Assembly: GCA_024275255.1 (NCBI GenBank) | Contig: JAJRZL010000086.1 | Span: 1-41,188 of the forward strand | Length of the DNA stretch: 41,188 bases | Origin: Candidatus Zixiibacteriota bacterium | Lineage (GTDB): Bacteria > Zixibacteria > MSB-5A5 > GN15 > FEB-12 | Direction of reading: 5' to 3' | Notes under the pieces: model-generated | Told to the model about the DNA's origin: nothing | The model's database searches: none | The model's input: only the letters and a program-made list of their open reading frames with translations | Program-made: the position numbers and the translations under genes | Part shown: one piece after another, positions 18,971-28,928 of the stretch | How the letters are laid out: every line of letters starts with the position of its first letter | Numbering within the stretch: position 1 is the stretch's first letter

Positions 18971-20347
18971 TCACTCTATAACGTTTTTAATCGCTGTTGC
19001 AAGAAGAGGGAGGTCATCGACATCAATTGCTTTCATATCGAGAATAAAGCGGTCATCTTCGATGCGACCTATAACGGGAGGGGAGAGTTTACGAAATACC
19101 GTCATTGTCGTTGTTGGTTTATATTCTTTTGAGAAAACAATACCGACTGAGGGAATAGCCGATTCCGGCAGGGCTCCTCCACCGACAAATGAGCTGGTTG
19201 CTTCGACCGACAGCCCGGAGGGGTTGCCGATATCAGCAAGTATCTTTTTGGCTCGTTTATACAATTCCGATTCCGGGACAGAAAGAATGGACCAGAGTTT
19301 TATTTTTTCTTTATAGTTCCCGTTGAGGTATATCCCAAACAAGTGCTCCAGCATGGAAAAAACGATTTTATCTACCCGCATCGTCCTGAACAGGGCATTG
19401 CGTTTTATCTTTTGTATATACTCTTTTTTACCGACAATGAGTCCTGCCTGCACCCCTCCCAGCAGCTTATCACCGGAAAAAGTTGTCAATACCGCTCCGG
19501 CACGTACAGATTGCTGAACCGTTGGCTCGCTGTATCCTAGAAGCTCCCGCATATCAATAAAGACCCCGCTTCCGAGATCATTTACCACCGGTAAATTGTG
19601 GCTGTTGCCTAGGTTTACTAACTCCTTCAGGGCAACTTCTTCAGTAAAGCCACCTTGAACAAAATTGCTTTTATGCACTTTAAGCAGGAGTCCCGTTTGT
19701 GGTTTGATATGGGAAGCATAGTCATCGAGCGTTGTAATGTTGGTTGTGCCTACTTCACAGAGTTTTGCCCCAGATTTTCTCAGGATATCGGGAATACGAA
19801 ACCCACCGCCGATTTGTACCAGTTCACCCCGCGAGATAATTACTTCTTTGCGGTTGGCAAAGGTGTTCAGGACAATAAACAGAGCAGCAGCACAATTATT
19901 GACAACCGTTGCCGCTTCAGTACCGGCAAGCAAGGCAAGGTAGCGTTCACATGCCAGACCACGTTTTCCACGAGTGCCCCGCGCAAGATCAAACTCGATA
20001 TTTCCGTATCCGGTGACAGTTTGTTTTATGGCGTCGATAAGTGATTCCGAAAGTGGCGCGCGACCAAGGTTGGTGTGCACGACAATCCCGGTCGCATTGA
20101 TAATCCGGGTAATTTCCTGTCGCTTGATATCGGCAATAGCTGTCTTGATAGTTGAAACAAGTTTCCTGTGGGTAATTGGTTTTCCTGTTTTTTGGAGCTG
20201 TTGCTTGAGGTCTGCTACGGTTGCCTTGATAATGTCCGAAGCTACCGGTCGGGGAACTTGTACAATCGTATCCGCCAGCTCCTGCATTTGCAGCAGTTCT
20301 TCCACTGCGGGAAAATCTCGCATCGTTTTTATCATAGAGAGGGCCAT
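18971..20347 (-). CDS. selA: L-seryl-tRNA(Sec) selenium transferase SelA
   Basis: It is 458 aa. The SelA N-terminal pattern is (P)AVEELLQ...; it also carries [17 protein letters not shown] and the PLP-lysine region [12 protein letters not shown]. An alternative start at ATG 20335 gives an ATGA overlap with the upstream M28 gene stop. Confidence 0.9.
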   Translation of the reverse strand: MALSMIKTMRDFPAVEELLQMQELADTIVQVPRPVASDIIKATVADLKQQLQKTGKPITHRKLVSTIKTAIADIKRQEITRIINATGIVVHTNLGRAPLSESLIDAIKQTVTGYGNIEFDLARGTRGKRGLACERYLALLAGTEAATVVNNCAAALFIVLNTFANRKEVIISRGELVQIGGGFRIPDILRKSGAKLCEVGTTNITTLDDYASHIKPQTGLLLKVHKSNFVQGGFTEEVALKELVNLGNSHNLPVVNDLGSGVFIDMRELLGYSEPTVQQSVRAGAVLTTFSGDKLLGGVQAGLIVGKKEYIQKIKRNALFRTMRVDKIVFSMLEHLFGIYLNGNYKEKIKLWSILSVPESELYKRAKKILADIGNPSGLSVEATSSFVGGGALPESAIPSVGIVFSKEYKPTTTMTVFRKLSPPVIGRIEDDRFILDMKAIDVDDLPLLATAIKNVIE

Positions 20348-21267
20348 TTCGATGGATTATAAATTATTTCTGTTACTACTCTTCCAACATTTGACAACGC
20401 TTCCGCTGAGCATTTATCCGGGGTGTCAAACTCGGTATGCCAGTATGGATAGTCAATATCAATGATATCCACTGCCGGGATACCCACTGCCAGCAATGAA
20501 AGATGGTCGTCGAGTATGGCATGTTTTACCGAATCAATAAAGGTCGAGATACCAAGCTCTCGAGCTGTATTCCATATCATATCATTCAGCGGCTTTTGAA
20601 ATTTTTCCGAATATCCTTCACGGTAGAATTGCTGCTGTTTGTCTCCCACCATGTCAAGCACAATACCAAAACGGTAGGTTCCGTGAACAACACGCCGGGC
20701 AAACTCTTTTGAGCCCAGCAGGTAATATTGATTGTCGCCAGGTTTGCCCCAGTCTTCACCATCGACAAATACCAGGTCAATATCGCATGGCGGTAATTGT
20801 TTTGTAGAGAGTCGCGCCAGCTCCATCAACACCGCCACCCCTGATGCCCCGTCATTGGCGCCGTCAATCGGTTTATCTTTCAGGGTCGAGTCGGAAGCGT
20901 ATTCGGCACGGGGACGGCTGTCATAGTGTGCCAACAGGACAATACGTCCCACAGAGCTTTTGGGATTATTGATATGAGCAATAAAATTCACCATGGTGAT
21001 ATTTTTACCGGAATACGGATCGGGGAAAATAAAAACTTGTGAATCGACAGGTATGTTCAGGCTGTCAAAAAAAGACTTGAAATACTCCCGACATTTTGCC
21101 GATGCCTCTGTGCCGGGAACACGAGGCCCAAAAGCAACCTGTTGCTCAAGATACGTGTATGCCAGGTTGCCGTCGAACGGTGGAGGGACAATGGTTTGTG
21201 GAGAACATCCGATGGTACACAAGACTATGCCGATAAGTATAGTAATATGAATATAACTGTTTTTCAT
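20332..21267 (-). CDS. M28-family zinc peptidase / glutaminyl-cyclase-like lipoprotein
   Basis: It is 311 aa with a lipoprotein-type signal (LCTIGC). M28 metal-ligand blocks are present: LLAHYDSRP, DGANDGASGVAVLMELAR, VFVDGEDWG, LDMVGD and YWHTEFD. Aminopeptidase versus glutaminyl cyclase cannot be distinguished from sequence by eye. Confidence 0.72.
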   Translation of the reverse strand: MKNSYIHITILIGIVLCTIGCSPQTIVPPPFDGNLAYTYLEQQVAFGPRVPGTEASAKCREYFKSFFDSLNIPVDSQVFIFPDPYSGKNITMVNFIAHINNPKSSVGRIVLLAHYDSRPRAEYASDSTLKDKPIDGANDGASGVAVLMELARLSTKQLPPCDIDLVFVDGEDWGKPGDNQYYLLGSKEFARRVVHGTYRFGIVLDMVGDKQQQFYREGYSEKFQKPLNDMIWNTARELGISTFIDSVKHAILDDHLSLLAVGIPAVDIIDIDYPYWHTEFDTPDKCSAEALSNVGRVVTEIIYNPSKWPSL

Positions 21268-21336
21268 GCTGACAAGTAGGCGGAAACAGCTTTCGATGTC
21301 AATTGAAAAACATATTTTCGAACGTTGTAAAGACTG

Positions 21337-21972
21337 TTACCTTTTCAAGGGAATAAGGTATCCAAAGGTCAGTCGCACTGTTTGAATTCTCACCTCTTCT
21401 TTTCGAATACCGATTTCATTGTTCGGATAACTCGAGGTTGTAACGAGCTTGGGGCGTACATCGGTAATGATAACTTCAATTGAAAAAAATTGGTTCATTC
21501 GCAATCCGAAAGTAAGGCGATACCCGATATGCAACGGCATACTGACTGCGGTAACGTATTCGGTTCTCCATAAAGAGTCGGCAACTTCTTTGTCAAGTTG
21601 CAAATAGTTCTTACTAAATACAAACCCCAGCCCAAGGTAACCGGTCAACCGGTTCGTTCCTCGGTAGTACAGAAAATCAGCGGCATACGTTGTGTTGTGA
21701 AAATCACCTTTCGGGTAGAGTCGTGTTTGCATGCGGCTGAAGCCGTATTCAAACGAGGAACGTACAATAAATGGATGGTGCAAGAGGTATTCATATTTTA
21801 CGGAAACAATCGGTCCTGCCGAGGAAATATGGTTTGGTCCACACAATCCGGCAGTGAAATGCAGGTTCATATAATTTACGGTATCCTGTTCAACCGGATT
21901 CAACGGGTAAAGGGGAGCGGCGGTCAGCCATGTGATGAGTAGTGCCGTCAGCATAATTACTCCAGGTTGCAA
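21337..21972 (-). CDS. Hypothetical secreted protein, possibly a small outer-membrane beta-barrel
   Basis: It is 211 aa with an N-terminal hydrophobic signal (MLTALLITWLTAAP). It is rich in aromatic and alternating hydrophobic segments (VSVKYEYLL, RSSFEYGF, GYLGLGFVF, RLTFGYLIP). No family was recognised. Confidence 0.35.
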   Translation of the reverse strand: MQPGVIMLTALLITWLTAAPLYPLNPVEQDTVNYMNLHFTAGLCGPNHISSAGPIVSVKYEYLLHHPFIVRSSFEYGFSRMQTRLYPKGDFHNTTYAADFLYYRGTNRLTGYLGLGFVFSKNYLQLDKEVADSLWRTEYVTAVSMPLHIGYRLTFGLRMNQFFSIEVIITDVRPKLVTTSSYPNNEIGIRKEEVRIQTVRLTFGYLIPLKR

Positions 21973-22181
21973 GCTCTATTAAATAACGGGTAATTGACCG
22001 AAAAGGTCCAATACATTTTTTCACATACAATCATCGGTGTATTTTGCAAATAACAACGACATAATATATTATTATATCCATGATTGATAAGCTTGTACAT
22101 TCCTGTTTTTTCGGTTTTCTCAAGGTTCTGTAATTTGTTGCCCCACAACAGAAAAATGGCTTTGTTTTCCTTTGAAAGCGG

Positions 22182-22209
22182 TTGACAATCCAATTATAAC
22201 CAATATATT
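22182..22209 (+). promoter_or_regulatory. Putative promoter for the aldehyde dehydrogenase gene (TTGACA-16 nt-TATATT)
   Basis: An exact -35 TTGACA lies at 22182-22187 and TATATT at 22204-22209. This is about 95 nt upstream of ATG 22303, in a 330-bp AT-rich divergent intergenic region. Confidence 0.35.
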
Positions 22210-22302
22210 ACCTGCCTGTATTACCGGACTGTGAATGTAATCACAAGAAGGGTGATGGTGCTTAGTAAGTTGTTGTTAATTATAGTCTTAACGGAGTAAA
22301 TT

Positions 22303-23796
22303 ATGAGCGACCCGAAAGTCTTCAAAAATTTCATAAACGGTCAGTGGGTGGAGTCAAAATCCGGAGAAACCTATGAGAACCGTAACCCGGCTAACAAGGA
22401 CGAAGTTGTCGGTGTCTTTCAGAAATCTAATGCTGATGATGTCAAAGATGCTATCGAAGCTGCCAAGAGTGCGTATGAAAAATGGCGCTTGGTTCCGGCT
22501 CCCAAACGTGGAGAAATCCTGTACCGTATCGCCAGCCGTTTGACCCGACAAAAGGAAGAGCTCTCTCGCGACATGACCCGCGAAATGGGGAAAATACTCG
22601 ATGAAACCCGTGGTGACACCCAGGAAGCAATCGATATGACCTATTACATGGCGGGTGAGGGTCGCCGGTTGTTTGGTCAGACGACACCGTCAGAATTGCC
22701 TAACAAGTTTAATATGACTGTCCGCCAGCCCCTGGGTGTTTGTTCGTTTATTACGCCGTGGAATTTCCCCATGGCTATTCCGTCATGGAAAACCATGCCG
22801 GCTCTCATCTGTGGAAACACGGTTGTTATTAAACCGGCAACCGAGACTCCGCTTTCGGTTGTGAACCTGGCTCGTGTCTGTGAAGAAGAAGGGCTGCCGC
22901 CGGGAGTATTCAATGTCGTAACCGGGGCAGGTTCTGCCCTTGGTGACCCGATGATAAACAATCCTGCTGTCCGGGTGGTTTCTTTCACCGGGTCAACTGA
23001 GATTGGACGCAAAATATCCGAAGCCTGCGCTACCGATTTCAAACATTGCTGCCTGGAAATGGGTGGAAAGAACGTACAAATCGTAATGGATGATGCCAGG
23101 CTGGACCTTGCTGTGGATGGTGCCCTGTGGGGTGCCTTTGGCACAACCGGTCAGCGGTGTACGGCAACCAGCCGAATTGTTTGTCATAAAGATGTCATCA
23201 AAGAGTTTACTGAACGTCTTGTTGAACGGGCAAAGTCTCTCAAGGTTGGCAATGGCCTGGATGAATCGGTCCAGATGGGACCATGTATCAATGAAGGACA
23301 GTTGCAGACAGTGCTCAGCTACATCGAGATTGGCAAAAAAGAAGGCGCCAAACTCATGACCGGTGGCGAACGGTTGACTGGTGGTGACTACGATAAGGGC
23401 TACTTTGTCCAGCCGACTATTTTCGGTGAAGTCAACCAGAGTATGCGTATCTGGCGTGAAGAGATTTTCGGTCCCGTACTCGGAATTGCTGTTTGCAATT
23501 CTCTTGATGAAGCTATCGAGATGGCAAATGACACTTCCTATGGTTTGTCGGCATCGATTTATACCCAGGACATCAATAATGCCTACCGGGCGATGCGTGA
23601 TGTGTACACCGGCATTTTCTATGTCAACGCTCCTACTATCGGAGCCGAAACACATCTGCCGTTTGGCGGAACAAAAGAAACCGGCAATGGTCACCGTGAA
23701 GCTGCCATGGCAGCTTTGGATGTGTTCAGTGAGTGGAAATCTGTCTATGTCGATTTCTCCGGTTCGCTCCAGCGGGCGCAGATTGATAATGCATAG
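22303..23796 (+). CDS. NAD(P)-dependent aldehyde dehydrogenase family protein
   Basis: It is 497 aa with the start pattern FINGQWV. It carries FITPWNFP, the catalytic Glu block LEMGGKN, the catalytic Cys block GQRCTA and EEIFGPV. Substrate is not assignable. Confidence 0.9.
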   Translation: MSDPKVFKNFINGQWVESKSGETYENRNPANKDEVVGVFQKSNADDVKDAIEAAKSAYEKWRLVPAPKRGEILYRIASRLTRQKEELSRDMTREMGKILDETRGDTQEAIDMTYYMAGEGRRLFGQTTPSELPNKFNMTVRQPLGVCSFITPWNFPMAIPSWKTMPALICGNTVVIKPATETPLSVVNLARVCEEEGLPPGVFNVVTGAGSALGDPMINNPAVRVVSFTGSTEIGRKISEACATDFKHCCLEMGGKNVQIVMDDARLDLAVDGALWGAFGTTGQRCTATSRIVCHKDVIKEFTERLVERAKSLKVGNGLDESVQMGPCINEGQLQTVLSYIEIGKKEGAKLMTGGERLTGGDYDKGYFVQPTIFGEVNQSMRIWREEIFGPVLGIAVCNSLDEAIEMANDTSYGLSASIYTQDINNAYRAMRDVYTGIFYVNAPTIGAETHLPFGGTKETGNGHREAAMAALDVFSEWKSVYVDFSGSLQRAQIDNA

Positions 23797-23978
23797 CAGT
23801 AACTTGTAAGGTACGAAAATTGGCTCGACGGAAATACATATTCACTTTAACAGCAGGATACATCCCGTTGTACCTGATTGTTCATATTTGGATAGCGTCA
23901 TCAATTTAGACAACTACTTATTTTCGTTGTACTGATGTTTGAATTGTTAACCTATAATTATGAACATGAGAGGATAAG

Positions 23979-25340
23979 ATGGCTAAGAATAGAAAAAAAG
24001 TGATTATCATGGGAGCCGCCGGACGTGACTTCCACAATTTCAATACCCTGTATCGTGATAACAGTGATGTCGAAGTAGTTGCCTTTACTGCTACCCAGAT
24101 TCCTGATATTGAAGGACGTGTCTATCCGGCAGTATTAGCTGGCAAGCTGTACCCGAAAGGTATCCCGATTGAAGATGAAGCCAAGCTGCTCGACCTGATT
24201 AAAAAGCATAACGTGGATGAAGTAATATTCTCCTATTCTGATGTTCCATATCAGTACGTAATGGAAAAAGCGGCGTATGTTATGTCGGCTGGGGCACGGT
24301 TTGCGGTCGAGGGCAGTTACCCGACCATGATTGAATCCAAGAAACCGGTTGTTGCGGTCTGTGCCATTCGTACCGGTTGCGGAAAATCACAAACCACCCG
24401 CCGGGTTGCCAATGTGTTGCAGTCACTTGGCAAGAAGGTTGTCGCTATCCGTCATCCTATGCCGTATGGAGACCTTGCCAAGCAAGCCTGTCAGCGATTT
24501 GCTTCACTTGCCGATTTGGACAAACACAAATGTACGATTGAGGAACGCGAAGAATACGAACCCCACATCAACCGCGGCGTGATTGTTTATGCCGGTGTCG
24601 ATTATGAAATGATTCTCCGTGAAGCGGAAAAAGAAGCGGATATCATTCTTTGGGATGGCGGTAATAACGACATGTCATTCTACAAGCCGGACCTGCTGAT
24701 AACCGTTGTTGACCCGCATCGTCCGGGACATGAGTTGACCTACTATCCCGGACAGAACAATTTGCTGATGGCTGATGTGATTGTTATCAATAAGATTGAT
24801 TCCGCTGACCCGGAAGATATTATCGAAGTACGTCAGAATATCGCCGCTTACAACCCCGGTGCAGTTGTTGTTGATGCTGCCTCACCGTTGACGGTTGAAA
24901 ATGGCGACAAGATTAAAGGGAAAAAGGTGTTGGTGGTCGAGGATGGTCCTACCCTCACGCATGGCGGTATGGCGTATGGTGCCGGGGTGGTTGCTGCCGA
25001 GAAATATGGCGCCGCCGAACTGGTTGACCCTCGTCCATATACCGTAAAATCAATTACCGACACCTTTAAGAAGTACCCGGATATCGGTATTCTGTTGCCG
25101 GCGATGGGCTATGGCGCCAAGCAGGTAAAAGATCTGGAAACGACCATCAACCGGACAAAGTGCGATTTGGTTATTGTCGCAACACCGATTGATTTGAGCC
25201 GTATTATAAAGATAAAGAAACCGTGGGTGAGAGTCGGATACAACCTTCAGGAAATCGGCACTCCGAATCTTGAGGATGTTCTCACCGAGTTTCTTGATAA
25301 AACAAAAAAGAGCTCGAAACAACGAGGCTCCAGGAAGTAA
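23979..25340 (+). CDS. COG2403-type P-loop protein, homologous to archaeal cyclic 2,3-diphosphoglycerate synthetase (often annotated 'GTPase')
   Basis: It is 453 aa. The N-terminus KKVIIMGAAGRDFHNFNTLYRDNSDVEVVAFTATQIPDIEGR is the characteristic start of this family as I remember it. A Walker-A-like CAIRTGCGKSQTT follows. Function in bacteria is unknown to me. Confidence 0.6.
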   Translation: MAKNRKKVIIMGAAGRDFHNFNTLYRDNSDVEVVAFTATQIPDIEGRVYPAVLAGKLYPKGIPIEDEAKLLDLIKKHNVDEVIFSYSDVPYQYVMEKAAYVMSAGARFAVEGSYPTMIESKKPVVAVCAIRTGCGKSQTTRRVANVLQSLGKKVVAIRHPMPYGDLAKQACQRFASLADLDKHKCTIEEREEYEPHINRGVIVYAGVDYEMILREAEKEADIILWDGGNNDMSFYKPDLLITVVDPHRPGHELTYYPGQNNLLMADVIVINKIDSADPEDIIEVRQNIAAYNPGAVVVDAASPLTVENGDKIKGKKVLVVEDGPTLTHGGMAYGAGVVAAEKYGAAELVDPRPYTVKSITDTFKKYPDIGILLPAMGYGAKQVKDLETTINRTKCDLVIVATPIDLSRIIKIKKPWVRVGYNLQEIGTPNLEDVLTEFLDKTKKSSKQRGSRK

Positions 25341-25352
25341 ACGACAATAGAA

Positions 25353-25384
25353 AAGCGGGTCGGGGAAACTCGACCCGCTTTCCT
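25353..25384 (+). terminator. Intrinsic terminator after the COG2403 gene
   Basis: AAGCGGGTCG-gggaaact-CGACCCGCTT forms a perfect 10-bp stem, followed by TCCTT. It lies 12 nt after the stop codon. Confidence 0.6.
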
Positions 25385-25423
25385 TAGTAAAGAAGTGTTG
25401 CAAGGGTATCAGGTACATACATC

Positions 25424-26374
25424 ATGAGCAAACACAAAAAAGCAGTTGTAGCCCTTGGCGGTAATGCTATTACAAGACCGGATCAGGAAGACACAATTGC
25501 CAATCAGTTTGCCAATACCCGTAAATCACTCGATGGTATTGTGGAATTAGCCCGTGATGGATTTGATTTGGTTATTACTCATGGCAATGGTCCCCAGGTC
25601 GGCAATGCGCTGCTTCGTATAGAGCTTGCCCGCGGGAAAGCCCCGATATTGCCCCTTGGTGTTCTGGTCGCTGATACCGAAGGGGGGATGGGATACATGA
25701 TTGAACAATCATTGCAAAACAGATTGCGAAAAGAGAATATTAACCGTCCGGTAGTTACCATTATTACGCAGGTGTTGGTTGACCGCAATGACCCGGCTAT
25801 TGAAAATCCTACAAAATATATTGGGCAGTTTTATACTGAAGAAGAGGCAAAAGAGTTTGAGAAAACCCGTAGATGGCGCATGAAACAGGATGCCGACCGG
25901 GGATGGCGCCGAGTGGTGGCATCGCCAAAACCACTGGAAACAATTAATGCACAAATTATAAAAAAGCTTGTTGATGAAGGTACTATCGTGATTGCTGCCG
26001 GTGGTGGTGGTATTCCGGTTTATATTGATGAAAAAGGGAATTACGAAGGATTTGACGCTGTTATAGATAAAGACCGGGCATCGGCTGTGCTGGCTACGGA
26101 AATTGGAGCGGATGTACTTGCGATTTTGACCTCGGTAAAAAAGGTTGCTGTACATTACGGTACACCGCAACAGTATGATTTGGACGAAGTAACTGTCACG
26201 GAAATGCGAAAACTATTTGCAGAAGGACATTTCCCGCCGGGTTCGATGGGACCCAAAGTCGAATCTGCCATACAATTTATAGAGAACGGCGGAAAGATGG
26301 TAACTATCTGCTCTCTTGAGGATGCGCAAATGGCAGTGCATGGAAAAGCGGGAACAAGGATTATACCGGATTGA
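25424..26374 (+). CDS. arcC: Carbamate kinase
   Basis: It is 316 aa. It carries VVALGGNAI, ITHGNGPQVG and IAAGGGGIPV, and has a typical amino-acid-kinase fold length. Confidence 0.9.
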   Translation: MSKHKKAVVALGGNAITRPDQEDTIANQFANTRKSLDGIVELARDGFDLVITHGNGPQVGNALLRIELARGKAPILPLGVLVADTEGGMGYMIEQSLQNRLRKENINRPVVTIITQVLVDRNDPAIENPTKYIGQFYTEEEAKEFEKTRRWRMKQDADRGWRRVVASPKPLETINAQIIKKLVDEGTIVIAAGGGGIPVYIDEKGNYEGFDAVIDKDRASAVLATEIGADVLAILTSVKKVAVHYGTPQQYDLDEVTVTEMRKLFAEGHFPPGSMGPKVESAIQFIENGGKMVTICSLEDAQMAVHGKAGTRIIPD

Positions 26375-27768
26375 GGATGGCAACATTGTCGAAGGAAGTC
26401 GTAAGCGAGATACTTAAAAAAGGTCGTATCTATGAAGTCGGTGGTGCCGTGCGTGACCGATTGTTGCATCGGGCAGATATGACCAAGGACCGTGACTACC
26501 TGGTGACCGGTATTCCGTACAAAGAACTCACCCGTATTCTTGAGCCACATGGCTCCGTAAGTTTGGTCGGGCGGAGTTTTGGTGTTATCAAGTTTACCCA
26601 GTTTTTTGGGGGTGAACCGGTAACCTTCGATATTGCATTGCCACGAACGGAACATTCCACCGGTAGCGGGCATAAAGATTTTGCTGTTACCTATGACCCG
26701 GAACTCTCAATAGAAGATGACCTGGTCCGCCGTGATTTCACTGTCAACGCCATGGCATGGGCACTGGATAATAATGAGCTTGTGGATCCGTTTGGAGGAC
26801 AGGTTGATTTGCAAAAACGGCAGATTCGGATGGTTTATCAGGAATCATTTACAGATGACCCGTTGCGAATGTTGAGAGCTATCCAGTTTGCCGCTCGTTT
26901 TGAGTTTTCGATCGAGGAACATACTTTTCATGCCATAAAAGAAAATGCTTCCCTGATTACCACTGTATCAAGCGAACGCATTGCCGAAGAGCTGACCAAG
27001 TTATTGACATTATCTCAGAAACCATCGCATGGGTTCCGTCTTATGGAGTCAAGCGGACTGTTGAAGGAAATCCTGCCGGAACTTCAGGAATGTGTGGGAG
27101 TCCGACAACCGGGGGGATACCACAAGTATGATGTCTTTGAGCATACGTTACATACGATTGATGCTACTCCGCCTACGTTACGGCTGCGTTTGGCGGCATT
27201 ATTCCATGACATTAAAAAACCGCAGGCGAAACGAGAAGTGGGAGATGGGGCTACCTTTTACGGGCACGAAGTGATGGGAGCAAAAGCAGCAGAGCAAGTT
27301 TTGAATCGGTTGCGATTTTCAAAAAACCTCATTCGTGAAGTAGTTACCCTTGTTGACCGTCACATGTTTACGACGGATGTTTCTCCAAAAGGAATGAGGC
27401 GACTTATCCGACGTGTGGGAGTGCCCTTGATATTTGACCTGCTTGATTTGCGCCGAGCTGATGTTGTTGCCCAGGGAATGGGAGGTACAACAGAAGATGT
27501 CGATGAATTTGAGGCTGATATTCGTGACGAGTTGGAACGCAAATCACCATTTTCCATAGGTGACCTGGCACTGGACGGGAATGATATTATGGAAATGTTT
27601 TCGCTTCAGCCGGGTCCGATTGTGGGAAAGATACTTGATTACCTGTTGGAACAGGTTTTGGATAACCCGTCACAAAATGCTGCGGAAACATTAAAAGAGC
27701 TTGCCATAGATTACTATAATTCTCTAAATGCTAAAATACATGATAGTAACAATAAGGATGCGGACTGA
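26371..27768 (+). CDS. cca: CCA-adding tRNA nucleotidyltransferase (PolyA-pol head domain plus HD domain)
   Basis: It is 465 aa. It carries GGAVRDRLL...DRDY (the nucleotidyltransferase DxD), RRDFTVNAM, DPLRMLRAIQFAARF and an HD motif (LFHDIKKP). The start is ambiguous: TTG 26371 overlaps the arcC stop, or ATG 26377. The stop shares one base with the sucC start (TGATG). Confidence 0.8.
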   Translation: MRMATLSKEVVSEILKKGRIYEVGGAVRDRLLHRADMTKDRDYLVTGIPYKELTRILEPHGSVSLVGRSFGVIKFTQFFGGEPVTFDIALPRTEHSTGSGHKDFAVTYDPELSIEDDLVRRDFTVNAMAWALDNNELVDPFGGQVDLQKRQIRMVYQESFTDDPLRMLRAIQFAARFEFSIEEHTFHAIKENASLITTVSSERIAEELTKLLTLSQKPSHGFRLMESSGLLKEILPELQECVGVRQPGGYHKYDVFEHTLHTIDATPPTLRLRLAALFHDIKKPQAKREVGDGATFYGHEVMGAKAAEQVLNRLRFSKNLIREVVTLVDRHMFTTDVSPKGMRRLIRRVGVPLIFDLLDLRRADVVAQGMGGTTEDVDEFEADIRDELERKSPFSIGDLALDGNDIMEMFSLQPGPIVGKILDYLLEQVLDNPSQNAAETLKELAIDYYNSLNAKIHDSNNKDAD

Positions 27769-28907
27769 TGAAAATCCATGAGTATCAAGCGAAGCAACTG
27801 TTTGCCGAGGCGGGTATCCCGGTTCCGGCTGGTGAAGTTGCCACTACTCCGGTCGAAGCGTTCGAAATTGCCGAGCGTATCAACAAACCGGTGATGGTTA
27901 AGTCACAGGTTCATGTCGGAGGACGGGGAAAAGCCGGCGGTATTAAGTATGCTGAAAACCCCGAAGCTGCCAAGGTATTGGCAACGAACATCATCGGAAT
28001 GGATATCAAGGGGTTGACGGTTAAAAAAGTACTGATTACTGAGGCTGAGGATATTATCTCGGAATCGTATGTGGGAATTATCCTCGATCGTGCCACAAAA
28101 AAACCGGTCATCATGGTTTCCCCGGCTGGCGGAGTGGATATCGAGGAAGTAGCCGCCAAAACACCGGAGAAAATATTCAAGCTGCATGTTGACCCGGTTG
28201 AAGGACTTCACATGTACCAGGCACGGAACCTTGCCTATAAATTGTATCGTGATATCGGTCAGGTTCGGCAGGCAGCGGATATTATCATGAAATTGTATAA
28301 CGTCTTCTGGAATGTCGATGCTTCCCTGGTTGAAATCAACCCGCTTATTACCAACCCGGCAGCAAAAGTCATTGCGCTCGATGCCAAAGTAAATATCGAC
28401 GATAATGCCCTGTATCGCCAAAAACGAATTGCCGAAATGCGGGATATTGAGTCCGAGGAGCCATCCGAAGTGGCTGCCCGCGAAGGCGATCTTTCTTATG
28501 TCAAACTTGAGGGGAGTATCGGGTGCATGGTCAATGGTGCCGGACTGGCGATGGCAACTATGGACTTGGTGAAACGGTACGGAGGAGAACCGGCAAACTT
28601 CCTTGATATCGGCGGCTCCTCCAATCCACAAAAAGTTGTCACTGCTTTGAAAATAATCCTTGGTGATACCAATGTCCGGGCTATCTTAATCAATATCTTT
28701 GGCGGTATTACCCGGTGTGATGATGTTGCCAACGGTATTGTTGCCGCGTTGAACGAACTTAAACCGCAAATACCGATAGTGGTTCGTTTGACCGGAACAA
28801 ATGAAAAAGAAGCGGCAAATATATTGTCATCGTATAACCTGCCGTTTGAAGATACATTGGATGATGTGGTAAAGAAGGCTATTAGTCTGGCTGGGATTGA
28901 AAATTAA
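27768..28907 (+). CDS. sucC: Succinate--CoA ligase (ADP-forming) beta subunit
   Basis: It is 379 aa. It starts MKIHEYQAKQLF, has an ATP-grasp domain, and carries GCMVNGAGLAMATMD and NIFGGITRCD. Confidence 0.95.
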   Translation: MKIHEYQAKQLFAEAGIPVPAGEVATTPVEAFEIAERINKPVMVKSQVHVGGRGKAGGIKYAENPEAAKVLATNIIGMDIKGLTVKKVLITEAEDIISESYVGIILDRATKKPVIMVSPAGGVDIEEVAAKTPEKIFKLHVDPVEGLHMYQARNLAYKLYRDIGQVRQAADIIMKLYNVFWNVDASLVEINPLITNPAAKVIALDAKVNIDDNALYRQKRIAEMRDIESEEPSEVAAREGDLSYVKLEGSIGCMVNGAGLAMATMDLVKRYGGEPANFLDIGGSSNPQKVVTALKIILGDTNVRAILINIFGGITRCDDVANGIVAALNELKPQIPIVVRLTGTNEKEAANILSSYNLPFEDTLDDVVKKAISLAGIEN

Positions 28908-28928
28908 GAGAGCGACGAGGATAGTAAC

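Noticed and set aside
20332-21267. Calling the M28 lipoprotein a glutaminyl cyclase tied to T9SS and the Bacteroidetes 'Q-rule'
   Set aside because: M28 aminopeptidases and type II glutaminyl cyclases share the same motifs, and I cannot separate them by eye. The predicted signal-peptide cleavage sites of the secreted proteins in this window (SprA, NfeD, secretin, the 211-aa protein) do not show Gln at +1. There is therefore no local support.
21957-22193. A 78-aa minus-strand ORF filling the divergent intergenic region upstream of the beta-barrel-like gene
   Set aside because: It lies in AT-rich promoter DNA and overlaps the exact TTGACA -35 box for the opposite strand. Its composition is odd (Cys/Trp/Asn-rich). 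It has no SD and no recognisable family.
23866-23932. An 8-nt direct repeat CGTTGTAC (23866-23873 and 23925-23932) upstream of the COG2403 gene, considered as a possible operator
   Set aside because: An 8-mer recurring once in about 180 nt is roughly a one-in-four chance event. There is no dyad symmetry and no regulator gene nearby.
27903-28631. A 242-aa minus-strand ORF inside sucC. Similar antisense ORFs occur at 22993-23694 (233 aa, in the aldehyde dehydrogenase), 1197-1826 (209 aa, in bshA), and 25709-26170 and 26155-26673 (in arcC/cca).
   Set aside because: All are fully embedded antisense in strongly conserved, confidently identified genes. None has recognisable domains or translation-initiation signals. 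They are typical shadow ORFs.
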